Source of the DNA: an uncultured delta proteobacterium
GTDB lineage: Bacteria > Desulfobacterota > Binatia > UBA9968
Direction of reading: 5' to 3'
Assembly: GCA_963816145.1 (NCBI GenBank)
Contig: CAWFJP010000001.1
Location: 64,001 to 128,000, forward strand
DNA length: 64,000 bases
In this document: piece after piece, positions 28,513-37,729 of the stretch
Layout of the letters: each line of letters starts with the position of its first letter
How positions within the stretch are numbered: the stretch's first letter is position 1
Translations under genes and position numbers: made by a program
Notes under the pieces: generated by a model
Seen by the model: the letters and a program-made list of their open reading frames with translations, nothing else
What the model was told of the DNA's origin: nothing
Databases searched by the model: none

Positions 28513-28788
28513 ATGTCGGAAGTCATCCAAGCACTGCGCGACGAGCATCAGCTCTTGCGGCCGGAGATCGAGAAGCTGCTTTTGGTCGCGGATGGCATCG
28601 GCGAATTGTCGCGCGACCGCCTGCTTGAACTGAATAGGCAGGTTTATGAAAATCTCAAAGCTGAAAAACATCTGGCGATCGTCGAGGGAGCGACCGATCT
28701 GTTTGCGGAGCGCGGGACTTTGCGCCAAGTGGCGCGACTGGCTGCGAATTGGTTCACGCGCCGCCTCGGCAACAAAACAGACCGCTAA
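28513..28788 (+). pseudogene. Chimeric ORF: hemerythrin-like N-terminus joined to alpha/beta-hydrolase (DLH-like) C-terminus
   Basis: ALRDEHQLLRPEIEKL..VAD, then LELNRQVYENLKAEKHLAIVEGATDLFAERGTLRQVARLAANWF. Confidence 0.5.
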
Positions 28789-28818
28789 CACAACCCGTAA
28801 GACCTCGGCGCCGCACCG

Positions 28819-29304
28819 TTAAGCCGCCCACAGCGGCCGCGTTTCGTCGCTCAACAGAGCACGAATCTCCTCGCGATGCTTCGTTGCGTCCGCCTCGATA
28901 CGATCAAGCAAGGCGACGAGCGCCGGGAATTCGGCGCCGATCGCAAGCTTGTCTTCGGCGATTTCCGCGATACAGCGGCGCTCGTCATCAAGATCGCTGC
29001 GCAGATACTCCCAAGGATTATCATGGCTACAATAAAAAGCGGTTACCGTCGGCGGCGTGCCGCCGAGGCCAACGATGTTTTCCTCGATGACACGGACGTG
29101 ATCGGCTTCTTTGGCCGCCATACGCAGTAAGGCCCAGCGGATCTGGTCATCAGCGATTCTCCCGGCGTGCTGGCGAAAGCGCATCACATGCTGCTTCTCG
29201 CGGACGTAGCGATGACACAGCACATCGAGAACCCTATCCCGGGCGTCACCGGTGGCGTTATTCGAGTCCGGGTGAACCGCGAACCCTGTGTTTTGCAGCA
29301 ACAT
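28819..29304 (-). CDS. Ferritin-like (rubrerythrin/bacterioferritin-fold) protein
   Basis: EKQH, EADH, LGG, DLDDE, DATKH carboxylate/His pattern. Confidence 0.8.
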   Translation of the reverse strand: MLLQNTGFAVHPDSNNATGDARDRVLDVLCHRYVREKQHVMRFRQHAGRIADDQIRWALLRMAAKEADHVRVIEENIVGLGGTPPTVTAFYCSHDNPWEYLRSDLDDERRCIAEIAEDKLAIGAEFPALVALLDRIEADATKHREEIRALLSDETRPLWAA

Positions 29305-29360
29305 ACCCGACTCCTTTCCGGCAGCTTCCAGACCGCCCTACTTAGCTACCAAAGGATTGA

Positions 29361-29375
29361 GCAAGGACGACACCA
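29361..29375 (-). promoter_or_regulatory. Putative sigma-54 promoter
   Basis: TGGTGTCGTCCTTGC. Confidence 0.65.
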
Positions 29376-29436
29376 AACCGGAATTGATGCCGTCGGGAAG
29401 CTGAAGGGACATCAGTCAATTTGGCGGAGCGACGAT

Positions 29437-29481
29437 TCGCAGAGCCGAGAATAACCCCGGCGTCCGGTATCAGTTCTGCTA
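29437..29481. promoter_or_regulatory. Paired 14-bp operator
   Basis: TCGCAGAGCCGAGA (29437) and TATCAGTTCTGCTA (29468), 31 bp apart. Confidence 0.55.
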
Positions 29482-29500
29482 ACCCTTCCGCCGTCCACAA

Positions 29501-29632
29501 GAGGCTGTGTCGTAATGCGCAAATGCCCCACATTTGTCATCCCGAGCGCAGCGAGGGATCTCGTGTTTTCAGCCACATACGAAGAAGAGATTTCTCGGCT
29601 TCACCTCGAAATGACAGTTGCGACACAGTCTC
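29501..29632. mobile_element. MITE-like element with 15-bp TIR and internal REP palindrome
   Basis: GAGGCTGTGTCGTAA / TTGCGACACAGTCTC; CAA on both flanks; internal GTCATCCCGAGCGCAGCGAGGGATCTC...GAGATTTCTC...CGAAATGAC. Confidence 0.65.
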
Positions 29633-29784
29633 CAAGTGGAGACAGAGTTGTAAGCGGTTTTCTTCTTGCCCCGTTGCGGCGTATCCCGCTCCCGCTTGAG
29701 GGGGAGGATGAAGCTGGGAGTGCGGTCCTTACCTTACAATGCTATCCGCAATCGTTTGCGCAACCTGCGCAAATCTTCAGAGGA

Positions 29785-29872
29785 CTCACCGCGGAGACGC
29801 CGAGCACGCGGAGTAAAGAGATTTTTGATGAAGATCATTCCGAACTCTGCGAACTCTGTGCCTCTGCGGTGC
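29785..29872. repeat. Palindromic repeat, separate family
   Basis: CACCGCGGAGACGCCGAGCACGCGGAG ... CTCTGCGAACTCTGTGCCTCTGCGGTG. Confidence 0.6.
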
Positions 29873-29905
29873 CATTCCGTTTTTTTTCGGCGCTGCGACG
29901 TGTTC

Positions 29906-30427
29906 TCACGCCGGCCAGACCGACTGCGGGTCGCTGCGCGCCGCCATATCGCGAATCTCGCTGCGGTGTCTTTCGCCGTCTTCGTAGATCCGTTCGAGCA
30001 TCGCGGCGATATCCGGAAGCTCGTTGCGTACCGTCTGCATTATTTCGATCAAATCGTCCGAGCAGTGTTTTTCTTCCTCAAGATCAGCGAGTAAGTACTG
30101 CCAGCTATTCCTACTCGTCGGCGGCTGCTTCGGCACGTTGGGGATAGTCCCGCCAAACAGCGTGATCTTCTCCGCCAGCCACTCGGCGTGACGCGCCTCA
30201 TCCGCCGCGATACGCAACAGCTTCTCGCGGAACTGCGGATACTGCATCTGTTCGGCGTGCGCGGTATAGCGTCGCACATGCTGCATCTCTTCGACATAAC
30301 GGGAACTGAGAATTTTGATTACATCCCGGTAGCCGCCCGGTGAAACGCCAAGAAACTGCCGCCACCAATCCGACCAGCTTTTCTCATAAGTCATAAGCGC
30401 GACCCTTCCCTCATTAGTTTTCATCAT
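29906..30427 (-). CDS. Ferritin-like protein, paralog of 28819-29304
   Basis: EEMQH, DEARHAEWL, FGG, DLEEEKH, DGERH. Confidence 0.82.
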   Translation of the reverse strand: MMKTNEGRVALMTYEKSWSDWWRQFLGVSPGGYRDVIKILSSRYVEEMQHVRRYTAHAEQMQYPQFREKLLRIAADEARHAEWLAEKITLFGGTIPNVPKQPPTSRNSWQYLLADLEEEKHCSDDLIEIMQTVRNELPDIAAMLERIYEDGERHRSEIRDMAARSDPQSVWPA

Positions 30428-30452
30428 CCTACCCTTCCTACAAATAGCTATA

Positions 30453-30467
30453 GCAAAGGTCGATCCA
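30453..30467 (-). promoter_or_regulatory. Putative sigma-54 promoter
   Basis: TGGATCGACCTTTGC. Confidence 0.65.
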
Positions 30468-30530
30468 CTCAGCGATATCGAGAATTTCCGGCAAGCAGGC
30501 AGCGGGGCCATCAAAAAGAGTTTAGCTGAT

Positions 30531-30575
30531 TTGCAGAACTGAGAGGCGTTCGGAGTGCTTGTCGCAAAACTGACA
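30531..30575. promoter_or_regulatory. Paired 14-bp operator
   Basis: TTGCAGAACTGAGA (30531) and TCGCAAAACTGACA (30562), 31 bp apart. Confidence 0.62.
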
Positions 30576-30609
30576 AGCACTGTGATTTCCGCTCGTGCCA
30601 GTTTAAATT

Positions 30610-30753
30610 TTGAATTCGTCGACTGGAAGTCGACTCTTCCTTTCGTCATCCCGGCGCAGCGCCTGCCCCGGCCTGATCCCGGGCCGGAATCCAGGTTTTC
30701 TTTGGCCTTCCAACGAAACCGAAGATGGCTGCCGGCCTTCGCCGGCATGACGA
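30610..30753 (+). repeat. ~140-bp dispersed repeat, copy 1
   Basis: AATTCGTCGACTGG.AGTCGACTCTT.CTTTCGTCAT.CCGGCGCAG...GGAATCCAGGTTTTCTTTGGCCTT.CAACGAAACCGAAGATGG.TGCCGGC; reverse complement at ~44540-44705. Confidence 0.85.
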
Positions 30754-31079
30754 CTCAAGGGAGGAACCATGGCGTGCTGGGGAGATGCAATCTCATATTC
30801 TCTAGACGAGATTCAGCTCATGGACACTTGTGGTGAGAATATTTCCCCCGTTTGGTTGCGGCGGCGACGAAGCAGGATACTCGTCCCTTCGCGGAACTTG
30901 ATTTCGTTAATTCGATGCTGACCCAAGTGCGTCCGGAATAGTTCGAGTTCTTGGGGTGAGCCGACCAACTGGGTGGCGCCATACAAAACTCTCTGTTTTT
31001 CTTCCGCGCGATCTCCACGCGCTCTTCTTGCCAAGAATGAGAATTCTTGAGTAAAGTAAATATTTAGAATCACCTAATC

Positions 31080-31250
31080 AGTGTGCTGGCCCAGAAGTTC
31101 GCAAAATAAGTCGGAGGTCTTCACATCGTCATGCCGGCGAAAGCCGGCATCCAGGGGCGAGATTGTTCTGGATTCCGGGTCGCGCCAGCTATCGCCAGCT
31201 TGCCCGGAATGACGGATGAATTATGCAGTGAACTTCTGGGTCGGGACGCT
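31080..31250. mobile_element. MITE-like element with internal GTCATGCCGGCGAAAGCCGGCATCC palindrome
   Basis: Imperfect 23-bp TIR AGTGTGCTGGCCCAGAAGTTCGC / GTGAACTTCTGGGTCGGGACGCT. Confidence 0.6.
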
Positions 31251-31415
31251 AGTTCCGGCAATAAACTATCACGGTAACGCTTTGTCTTAGCGATCCGGCG
31301 CTGTCAGACAGAGATCAACGGTTTTTCTGTTAACCTAACGATCGATGATCTCTCAATTTGCAACGATGACGGTAATCTATTTGAACTATACGCAAACCGA
31401 GCCTATGTGGTGTCT

Positions 31416-34400
31416 ATGACCAAGAAGAAAAAACCGACCGCACGGCCGGCTCAAAAAAAACCCCGGATATCTTCTCGGCATAGAATCTCGACTTCGCCTG
31501 TTGAGAGCAAAAGCCCTCTCATCGTCGGCATCGGCGCTTCCGCGGGCGGATTGAGAGCGTTCGAGCAATTCTTCACCCAGATGCCGCCTGACGGCGGCAT
31601 GGCTTTCATTCTGGTTCTTCATCTGGACCCGACCCATGTCAGCATGCTCCCTGAGCTATTGAGAAAATTTACCCAGATGCCAATCCGGCAGGCCGAGGAT
31701 GGCGCGAAGGTTGAGGCCAACACGATCCACATCATTCCGCCAAACAAGAAGATGGCCATAAAGCATGGCACGCTGGTTATCACCGAGCCCACCGAGCCGC
31801 GCGGTTTGCGGCTGCCCATCGATACATTTTTCCGCTCACTGGCCGAAGACCAAGGCAGTAACGCGATTGGCATTATCCTTTCCGGAACCGGTACCGATGG
31901 GACACTGGGATTGAAAGCAATTAAGCACGCCGGCGGTCTGGTCATCGCCCAGGACTTGGCATCGGCCGAATTCGACGGCATGCCAAGAAGCGCCATCGGG
32001 ACTGGTTTGGTGGACTATGTGCTGGCCGCCGAAAAGATTCGGACGCAGCTCATGACATTATGCGAAAGGTTCCCGTCCCCAGCGCAGCGGCACGGCCACC
32101 GCCCTGTCGGACAATTTCCCCGAGACCCTGGAAAAGATATTCCAGGTCTTGCGCTCTCAGACCGGCCATGACTTCTCCGCTTATAAGAAGAGCACGATTT
32201 GCCGGCGCATCGATCGGCGCATGAACCTGCAGCAAATTGAAAACCCTGCGGTCTACCTTCGGCTTTTGGAGCAAAACGCTCAGGAAGCCGCAGCGCTTTT
32301 CAATGACCTGCTGATCGGCGTGACCAGCTTTTTTCGCGACCCGGAGGCTTTCAAGATTCTCAGTCGAGTCCTCAAACAGATGCTGGCGAAGACACCGAAA
32401 GATTCTACCTTGCGGGTCTGGGTTCCCGGCTGTTCGAGCGGCGAGGAGGTCTATTCCATCGCGATCGTCCTGCGGGAATGCATGGACGCGTTAAAGAAGC
32501 ACTTTGGCGTGCAGATTTTCGCCACGGACATCGACGCCGAGGCGATCGAGACGGCGCGCGCGGCAATCTATCCCGACAGCATCCGCAAAGATGTCGCGCC
32601 GGCGCGGCTCAGGCGATTTTTCCTCGACGAAAGCGACGGCTATCACATCAAAAAAGAAATCCGCGAAATGGCGATTTTTTCGCTCCAGGATCTGGTCAAG
32701 GACCCGCCGTTTACCAAACTCGACCTGCTCAGTTGTCGGAATTTGTTGATCTACCTGGATGCCGCATTGCAGAAAAGACTCGTGCCCCTGTTCTATTATG
32801 CGTTGCGGCCGGATGGCATTCTCTTTCTTGGCCCCTCCGAATCGATCGACGGCTACGTCGATCTGTTCGCCGAGCGTAATCGGCGATGGAAGATCTTCAA
32901 GCGCAAGCACTCGAAGCATGGGGCTGGAGCAACCCTGCCCTTTCCCTTTGCCCCGCGCCGCCACGAGACCGGCGAGACAACTTCCCGGGGACAAAGCGCC
33001 GCGAGCCGGGACACGCGGATCTCCGGAGTTGCGGAGAAGCTGCTGCTCGACCGCTACGCGCCGCCTTGCGCGCTGGTCAACAAATCCGGGGAGATTCTTT
33101 ACAGCCACGGCCCGACCAGCCGATATCTGGCGCTGCCCCAAGGCCAGGCAAGCTTGAACATCCTGGCCATGGCGCGCGGTAGCGTCAAGAACGCGCTCGC
33201 AACTCTCATGCGCCAAGCGAGCGCGCAAAAACGACCGGCTACGCGGGCCGGCGTGCAACTCAGGAGCGATGATAAATCTCACCGGCTGAACCTCATGGTC
33301 ACGCCTTATCACGGCGGTCAGGGAGCCGGGGAATTATTGCTGATCGTCTTCGAAGACGCCGGCCCGCGGAAACTAAAGACCCGAACAGGAGTGCGGCCGG
33401 CACCGCGCAATGCCGAGCAGGTGGCTCGATTGGAGCAGGAGCTATGGGATGCGCGGGAACAACTTCAAATGGCGCGCGCGGAGACCCAACCGCCCGAGGA
33501 AGAGCTTCGCTCGTATAACGAAGAACTGCAGTCAGCCAATGAAGAGCTGCAGAGTCTGAATGAAGAGCTCGAGACTTCCAAGGAAGAGCTCCAGTCGCTC
33601 AATGAAGAGCTGGCAACCGTCAACGCCGAGCTGCAAGGAAAAAATGCAGCCTTGTCTTCCGCCAACGATGACATCAGAAATCTCCTCGACAGCACAAAAA
33701 TCGCCACGCTCTTTCTCGATACCCGGCTGGGCATCAAGCGCTTCACCCCGGAAGTGGGCAAAATCATCAACCTGGTTCAGGAAGACATCGGCAGACCCGT
33801 GAGCCACTTCAAATCCAATTTGGTCGGCGACAATCTGGCCCAACATTCGCAAGAGGTGCTCGACACCCTCCTGCCGAAGGAAAATGAAATCAGCAGCACC
33901 GATGGCCGGTGGTACCTAAGCCGCATCCAGCCCTACCGAGCGACCCACAATGTCATCGGCGGCGTTGTCGTGACGTTCATCGACATTACCGAACGCAAGC
34001 GCTTGGAATTGGCTGCCGAGGAAGCGCGACAATTTGCCCAGGACATTGTCGAAACCGTGCGCGAGCCGCTGATCGTGCTCGACCGGGATTTCCATGTTGT
34101 ATCGGCCAACCAATCCTTTTACCGGAAATTCAAATTGACCGCGCCACTGACCGAACGGCGCCCTTTGTTCGAGCTCCATAAGCGGCAGTGGGATCTTCCC
34201 GAGCTGCGCCGGCTGCTGGAGAAAGTTCTTTCCGAGAATCACGCGTTCGATAATTTTATGATCGAACATGACTCTGCCGATCTCGGTCACACAGTGCTAT
34301 TGCTCAACGGACGCCGCATTCGGCGCGGCGCGCTGGGCGGCGACCTCATCCTGCTGGCATTCGAAGATATCACCGACCGTGAAAAAAGAGCCGAGCTGCG

Positions 34401-35037
34401 CGCCCTTGCGGCTCGCCTCCACGCCGTGCGGGAAGACGAGCGGACCCGGCTCGCCCGCGAGATTCACGATGAGCTGAGCGGCAGCCTGACCGCGCTAAAA
34501 TTGGATCTGTCTCTCCTGCCGGACCGAGCAGCCAAGGATCACAAGTTGTTTTTGGACAAATTGCGATCCATGTCCCAACTGATCGACACGACGTTGGCTC
34601 AAGTTCACACTATCGTCGCGGATCTGCGTCCGGTGGTTCTCGATAAACTGGGCCTGGTTGCAGCCATGGAATGGCAAGCCCGGGAATTTCAAGAGCGCTC
34701 GGGGATCGCCTGTGAGACTCATCTGCCGGCCGACGAGATTGCTCTGGACCCCGACCGAGCCACGGCGTTTTTCCGGATCTTCCAAGAGACCCTGACTAAC
34801 GTCGCGCGCCATGCCAACGCCACTAAAGTAACCGTGGAGCTGAAACGCGAAGCGGACAGTTTGATTCTGGCGGTGCGCGATAATGGAAAAGGTATCGACG
34901 AAGCGGCCATTAACGCCGCGAACTCGCTCGGCCTACTAGGCATCCGCGAGCGGGCGACCGCCTTTGGCGGAAACATAGAACTGACCGGGTTGCCGGAGCG
35001 CGGCACTTGCGTGACGGTGCGGATCCCGATCGGTTAA
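31416..35037 (+). CDS. CheB methylesterase-CheR methyltransferase-PAS-coiled coil-PAS-HisKA_3 kinase fusion (frameshift ~32060)
   Basis: VGIGASAGG, HLDP, LSGTGTDG; RVWVPGCSSGEEVYS, FATDID, SCRNLLIY; EELQSANEEL repeats; ERTRLAREIHDE; DNGKG. Confidence 0.9.
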
Positions 35038-35055
35038 CCCGAGAGCAATTTGCCG

Positions 35056-35685
35056 ATGAAAATTCTTATCGCCGACGATCATCCAATTTTTCGCGCTGGC
35101 TTGAAAGAATTTCTCGGCAAGGAGAAGGACGTGAAGGTGATCGGAGAGGCTGACAATGGTCGTAAAGCTCTGGAGCTTGCCCGCAAGCAGCGCTGGGATG
35201 TGGTGCTGCTCGACCTCACGATGCCCGGCACCGATGGCCTGGAGGCCCTGCAAGAACTGCGGCGCGAACAGCCGAAGCTTCCCGTGCTGATTTTGAGCGC
35301 TCACCCGGAAGATCAGCTGGCTTTGAGATTGTTGAAAGCCGGAGCCGCGGGATACCTCACCAAGGACAAAGCGCCCGAGGTTCTGCTCGCCGCCGTCAGA
35401 AAAGTTTTACGCGGCGAAAAATACATCAGCGAGTCGCTGGCGGCGAAGGTTACTTTGGATGTGGTAACCGGGGCAAAGCCGGCCCTGCACGAGGCGCTTT
35501 CCCATCGAGAGTATCAGGTCATGCGCATGATCGCCGCAGGAAAAGCGATTAAAGAGATCGCTGCAGAACTTTTCCTGAGCGTTCGAACCGTCAGCACCTA
35601 CCGCGCGCGCTTGCTTGAAAAGATGAAAATGAAAACCAACGCAGACCTCATCCGCTACGCTTTGCAGCACAATCTTGTCGACTAG
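35056..35685 (+). CDS. NarL/LuxR-family response regulator
   Basis: ILIADDH...LLDLTMPG...LSHREYQV...SVRTVSTYRARLLEK. Confidence 0.95.
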   Translation: MKILIADDHPIFRAGLKEFLGKEKDVKVIGEADNGRKALELARKQRWDVVLLDLTMPGTDGLEALQELRREQPKLPVLILSAHPEDQLALRLLKAGAAGYLTKDKAPEVLLAAVRKVLRGEKYISESLAAKVTLDVVTGAKPALHEALSHREYQVMRMIAAGKAIKEIAAELFLSVRTVSTYRARLLEKMKMKTNADLIRYALQHNLVD

Positions 35686-35748
35686 CCGCTCCGTCCGGAT
35701 TTTGCGTCCTGTCTGTCATTCCCCGTCACCTTCCGGTCACCAAACCTT

Positions 35749-35769
35749 TGTAGTCCTAGAACGGACACA
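35749..35769 (+). promoter_or_regulatory. 21-bp conserved motif, copy 1
   Basis: TGTAGTCCTAGAACGGACACA followed by AATCATGCTTTTG. Confidence 0.7.
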
Positions 35770-36074
35770 ACAATCATGCTTTTGCCGACAGCGTGCCCTC
35801 GGTTCGACGTGCTAGTACTTTGAGCGAATTGCCGGGGTTATGGCGAAAAACAACCCGGTCGCGCTTTGACCAACCTCAACCGCAACGACGCTCAGAAGAT
35901 CACGCCTGTGAAAGGGGCATAGTAAATTGGCAGGGGCCGAATCGATCAAGGCTTCTGTTTCGGCGCGTGAGTTTCGCAACGATACACACATGAGTTGGCT
36001 TGCCTTTAAAATGGCATGCTCGTGAGCTTAGCGTTAATGGATTTTACTCATGACAACCTGGCGATTTACCATTT

Positions 36075-36902
36075 ATGAATGGAATAGAAACTGAACTTGA
36101 ACAAACGGGAGAATCCGCTGTAGCGCTGCGGGATGGATATCCGGAGTCCCGGAAGAAAGCTAGGTGGGCTGGAAATCCAGTCTTGGCCGATCGGCTACAT
36201 CTGTATCGGCGACTTGTACCTATTCCCATCGCTGTGGTCTTGTTGGTGATTTTTCCGCCGCAATTGTCGGGCGATCCATCTATCGATGTGCCGATAAGCG
36301 CCATTGGTTTTCTTCTGTGTGCGACCGGCCAATCGCTCCGGCTCTGGGCCTGGGGAAGCAACCCACGGACCGAACAAGCGCCGGTCCGCGAGCGCGGCGC
36401 TTACGCCCTGATGCGCCATCCGCTTTACGCCGGCAACTTCCTCATAGTCGCCGGACTGACCGTGACCCACAACAACCCCATGGCCTATGTGCTTTTACTC
36501 GCGCCTTTCGCGTTCGTCTATCACTTGATCACGCGAACCGAAGAGCAATCGATGATGCGACGATTTCCAACTGCTTATGAGCAATATATGGCAAGGTCGT
36601 CGTCGCGATTTTTGCCGGTGACTGGCAACCTGGCTGGGGCACTCCAAACAACCTTCCCTTTCACTTGGAACTTTGCCTGGCGCAAGGAATACCCCTCGTG
36701 CTGCGCTTGGCTCGCCGGACTCGCCGGCTTGGAGCTTTACAAACAACTGCTGGCTTACGGCTGGACGCTGTCCTGGTCCACCTGGGTATGTGTCGGCGTC
36801 ATTTTTAGCTCTGGAACCCATACGCTCATCCTAAGGCATCGGAAACAACGCGCTAAGATCGTCAGCGCCGCCTGGCAGCGCGAAACGCAGTCGTCAAACT
36901 GA
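36075..36902 (+). CDS. Isoprenylcysteine carboxyl methyltransferase (ICMT/PEMT)-family membrane protein
   Basis: LRLWAWG...GAYALMRHPLYAGNFLI...EEQSM..RF..AYEQY. Confidence 0.82.
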   Translation: MNGIETELEQTGESAVALRDGYPESRKKARWAGNPVLADRLHLYRRLVPIPIAVVLLVIFPPQLSGDPSIDVPISAIGFLLCATGQSLRLWAWGSNPRTEQAPVRERGAYALMRHPLYAGNFLIVAGLTVTHNNPMAYVLLLAPFAFVYHLITRTEEQSMMRRFPTAYEQYMARSSSRFLPVTGNLAGALQTTFPFTWNFAWRKEYPSCCAWLAGLAGLELYKQLLAYGWTLSWSTWVCVGVIFSSGTHTLILRHRKQRAKIVSAAWQRETQSSN

Positions 36903-36979
36903 CATCGAAGAGTTCGCTGTTTTTATTCGTGCTAAACCCAGCACGAATTCCGAATATTGTCAGATCGATCGCGCCGCTG

Positions 36980-37000
36980 TGTAGTGCTAGAACGGACACA
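36980..37000 (+). promoter_or_regulatory. 21-bp conserved motif, copy 2
   Basis: TGTAGTGCTAGAACGGACACA (one mismatch). Confidence 0.65.
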
Positions 37001-37062
37001 TATGCATTGCTCTTTCGAGCTCATCCAAGATGCGATTGATACGCCTGCCGAACTCGGAATGT

Positions 37063-37725
37063 TTATTTCTGTAGCGAAGTGAGCCCCTCTCGAACGGCAT
37101 ATTTGGTGAGCCCGGCGACGCTGTGGATGTCCAAATTGTCCATGATCTGCTTGCGGTGGGTTTCCACGGTTTTTACGCTGACGTAAAGCGTCGCGGCTAT
37201 TTCTTTGGTGGATTTGCCCTCGGCAATGAGCTGGAGAACTTCCTGTTCGCGCTTTGACAGTTTGGCTCGCTGTGATCTGGCTTTGGAACCGAGGCGTCCG
37301 AGAGACTGTCCCACAACAACACCCGTTATGGCGGGGCTGAGATATATCTGACCTTTCAGGACTGCTTTAATCGCGACTGAAAGTTCCTCAAAGGCCGCGT
37401 CCTTTAGTAGATATCCTGACGCCCCGGCTTCAAGAATTCCCAGCACAAAACCACTCTCGGTATGCATGGACAAAGCAAGGACCTTTGACCGCGGCGCTTC
37501 GGCGCGCACCTGCCGGGTCGCCTCAATGCCGTTCAGATCGGGCATGGCGATATCCGTGATAACGATATCCGGCTGCAATTGCTTGGCGAGTCTCACTGCG
37601 CTACGCCCATTATCCGCTTCTGCAACCACCTGAAAGCCATCGCGCTCAAGCAAAGCGCGCAGTCCTTCTCTGAGCAGCCTGTGATCATCGGCAATGAGAA
37701 TGGTTTGGGTCATGGAACTTTTCAC
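37063..37725 (-). CDS. NarL/LuxR-family response regulator
   Basis: ILIADDHRLLREGL...DIAMPDLNG...LSKREQEVL...SVKTVETHRKQIM. Confidence 0.95.
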   Translation of the reverse strand: MKSSMTQTILIADDHRLLREGLRALLERDGFQVVAEADNGRSAVRLAKQLQPDIVITDIAMPDLNGIEATRQVRAEAPRSKVLALSMHTESGFVLGILEAGASGYLLKDAAFEELSVAIKAVLKGQIYLSPAITGVVVGQSLGRLGSKARSQRAKLSKREQEVLQLIAEGKSTKEIAATLYVSVKTVETHRKQIMDNLDIHSVAGLTKYAVREGLTSLQK

Positions 37726-37729
37726 CCGG

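Noticed and set aside
30428-30748. N-terminal extension of the 280-aa ORF and similar ORFs at 30555 and 44520
   Set aside because: Translation runs through the dispersed repeat; the ferritin-like gene starts near 30427
30813-31073. Small ORF with SPQELELF segment, and a frameshifted ORF near 47372-47560
   Set aside because: Possibly small hypothetical proteins, but start, frame and family cannot be supported
33520-33640. Tandem GAAGAGCT-type repeats
   Set aside because: Coding EELQS/NEEL heptads typical of CheBR fusions
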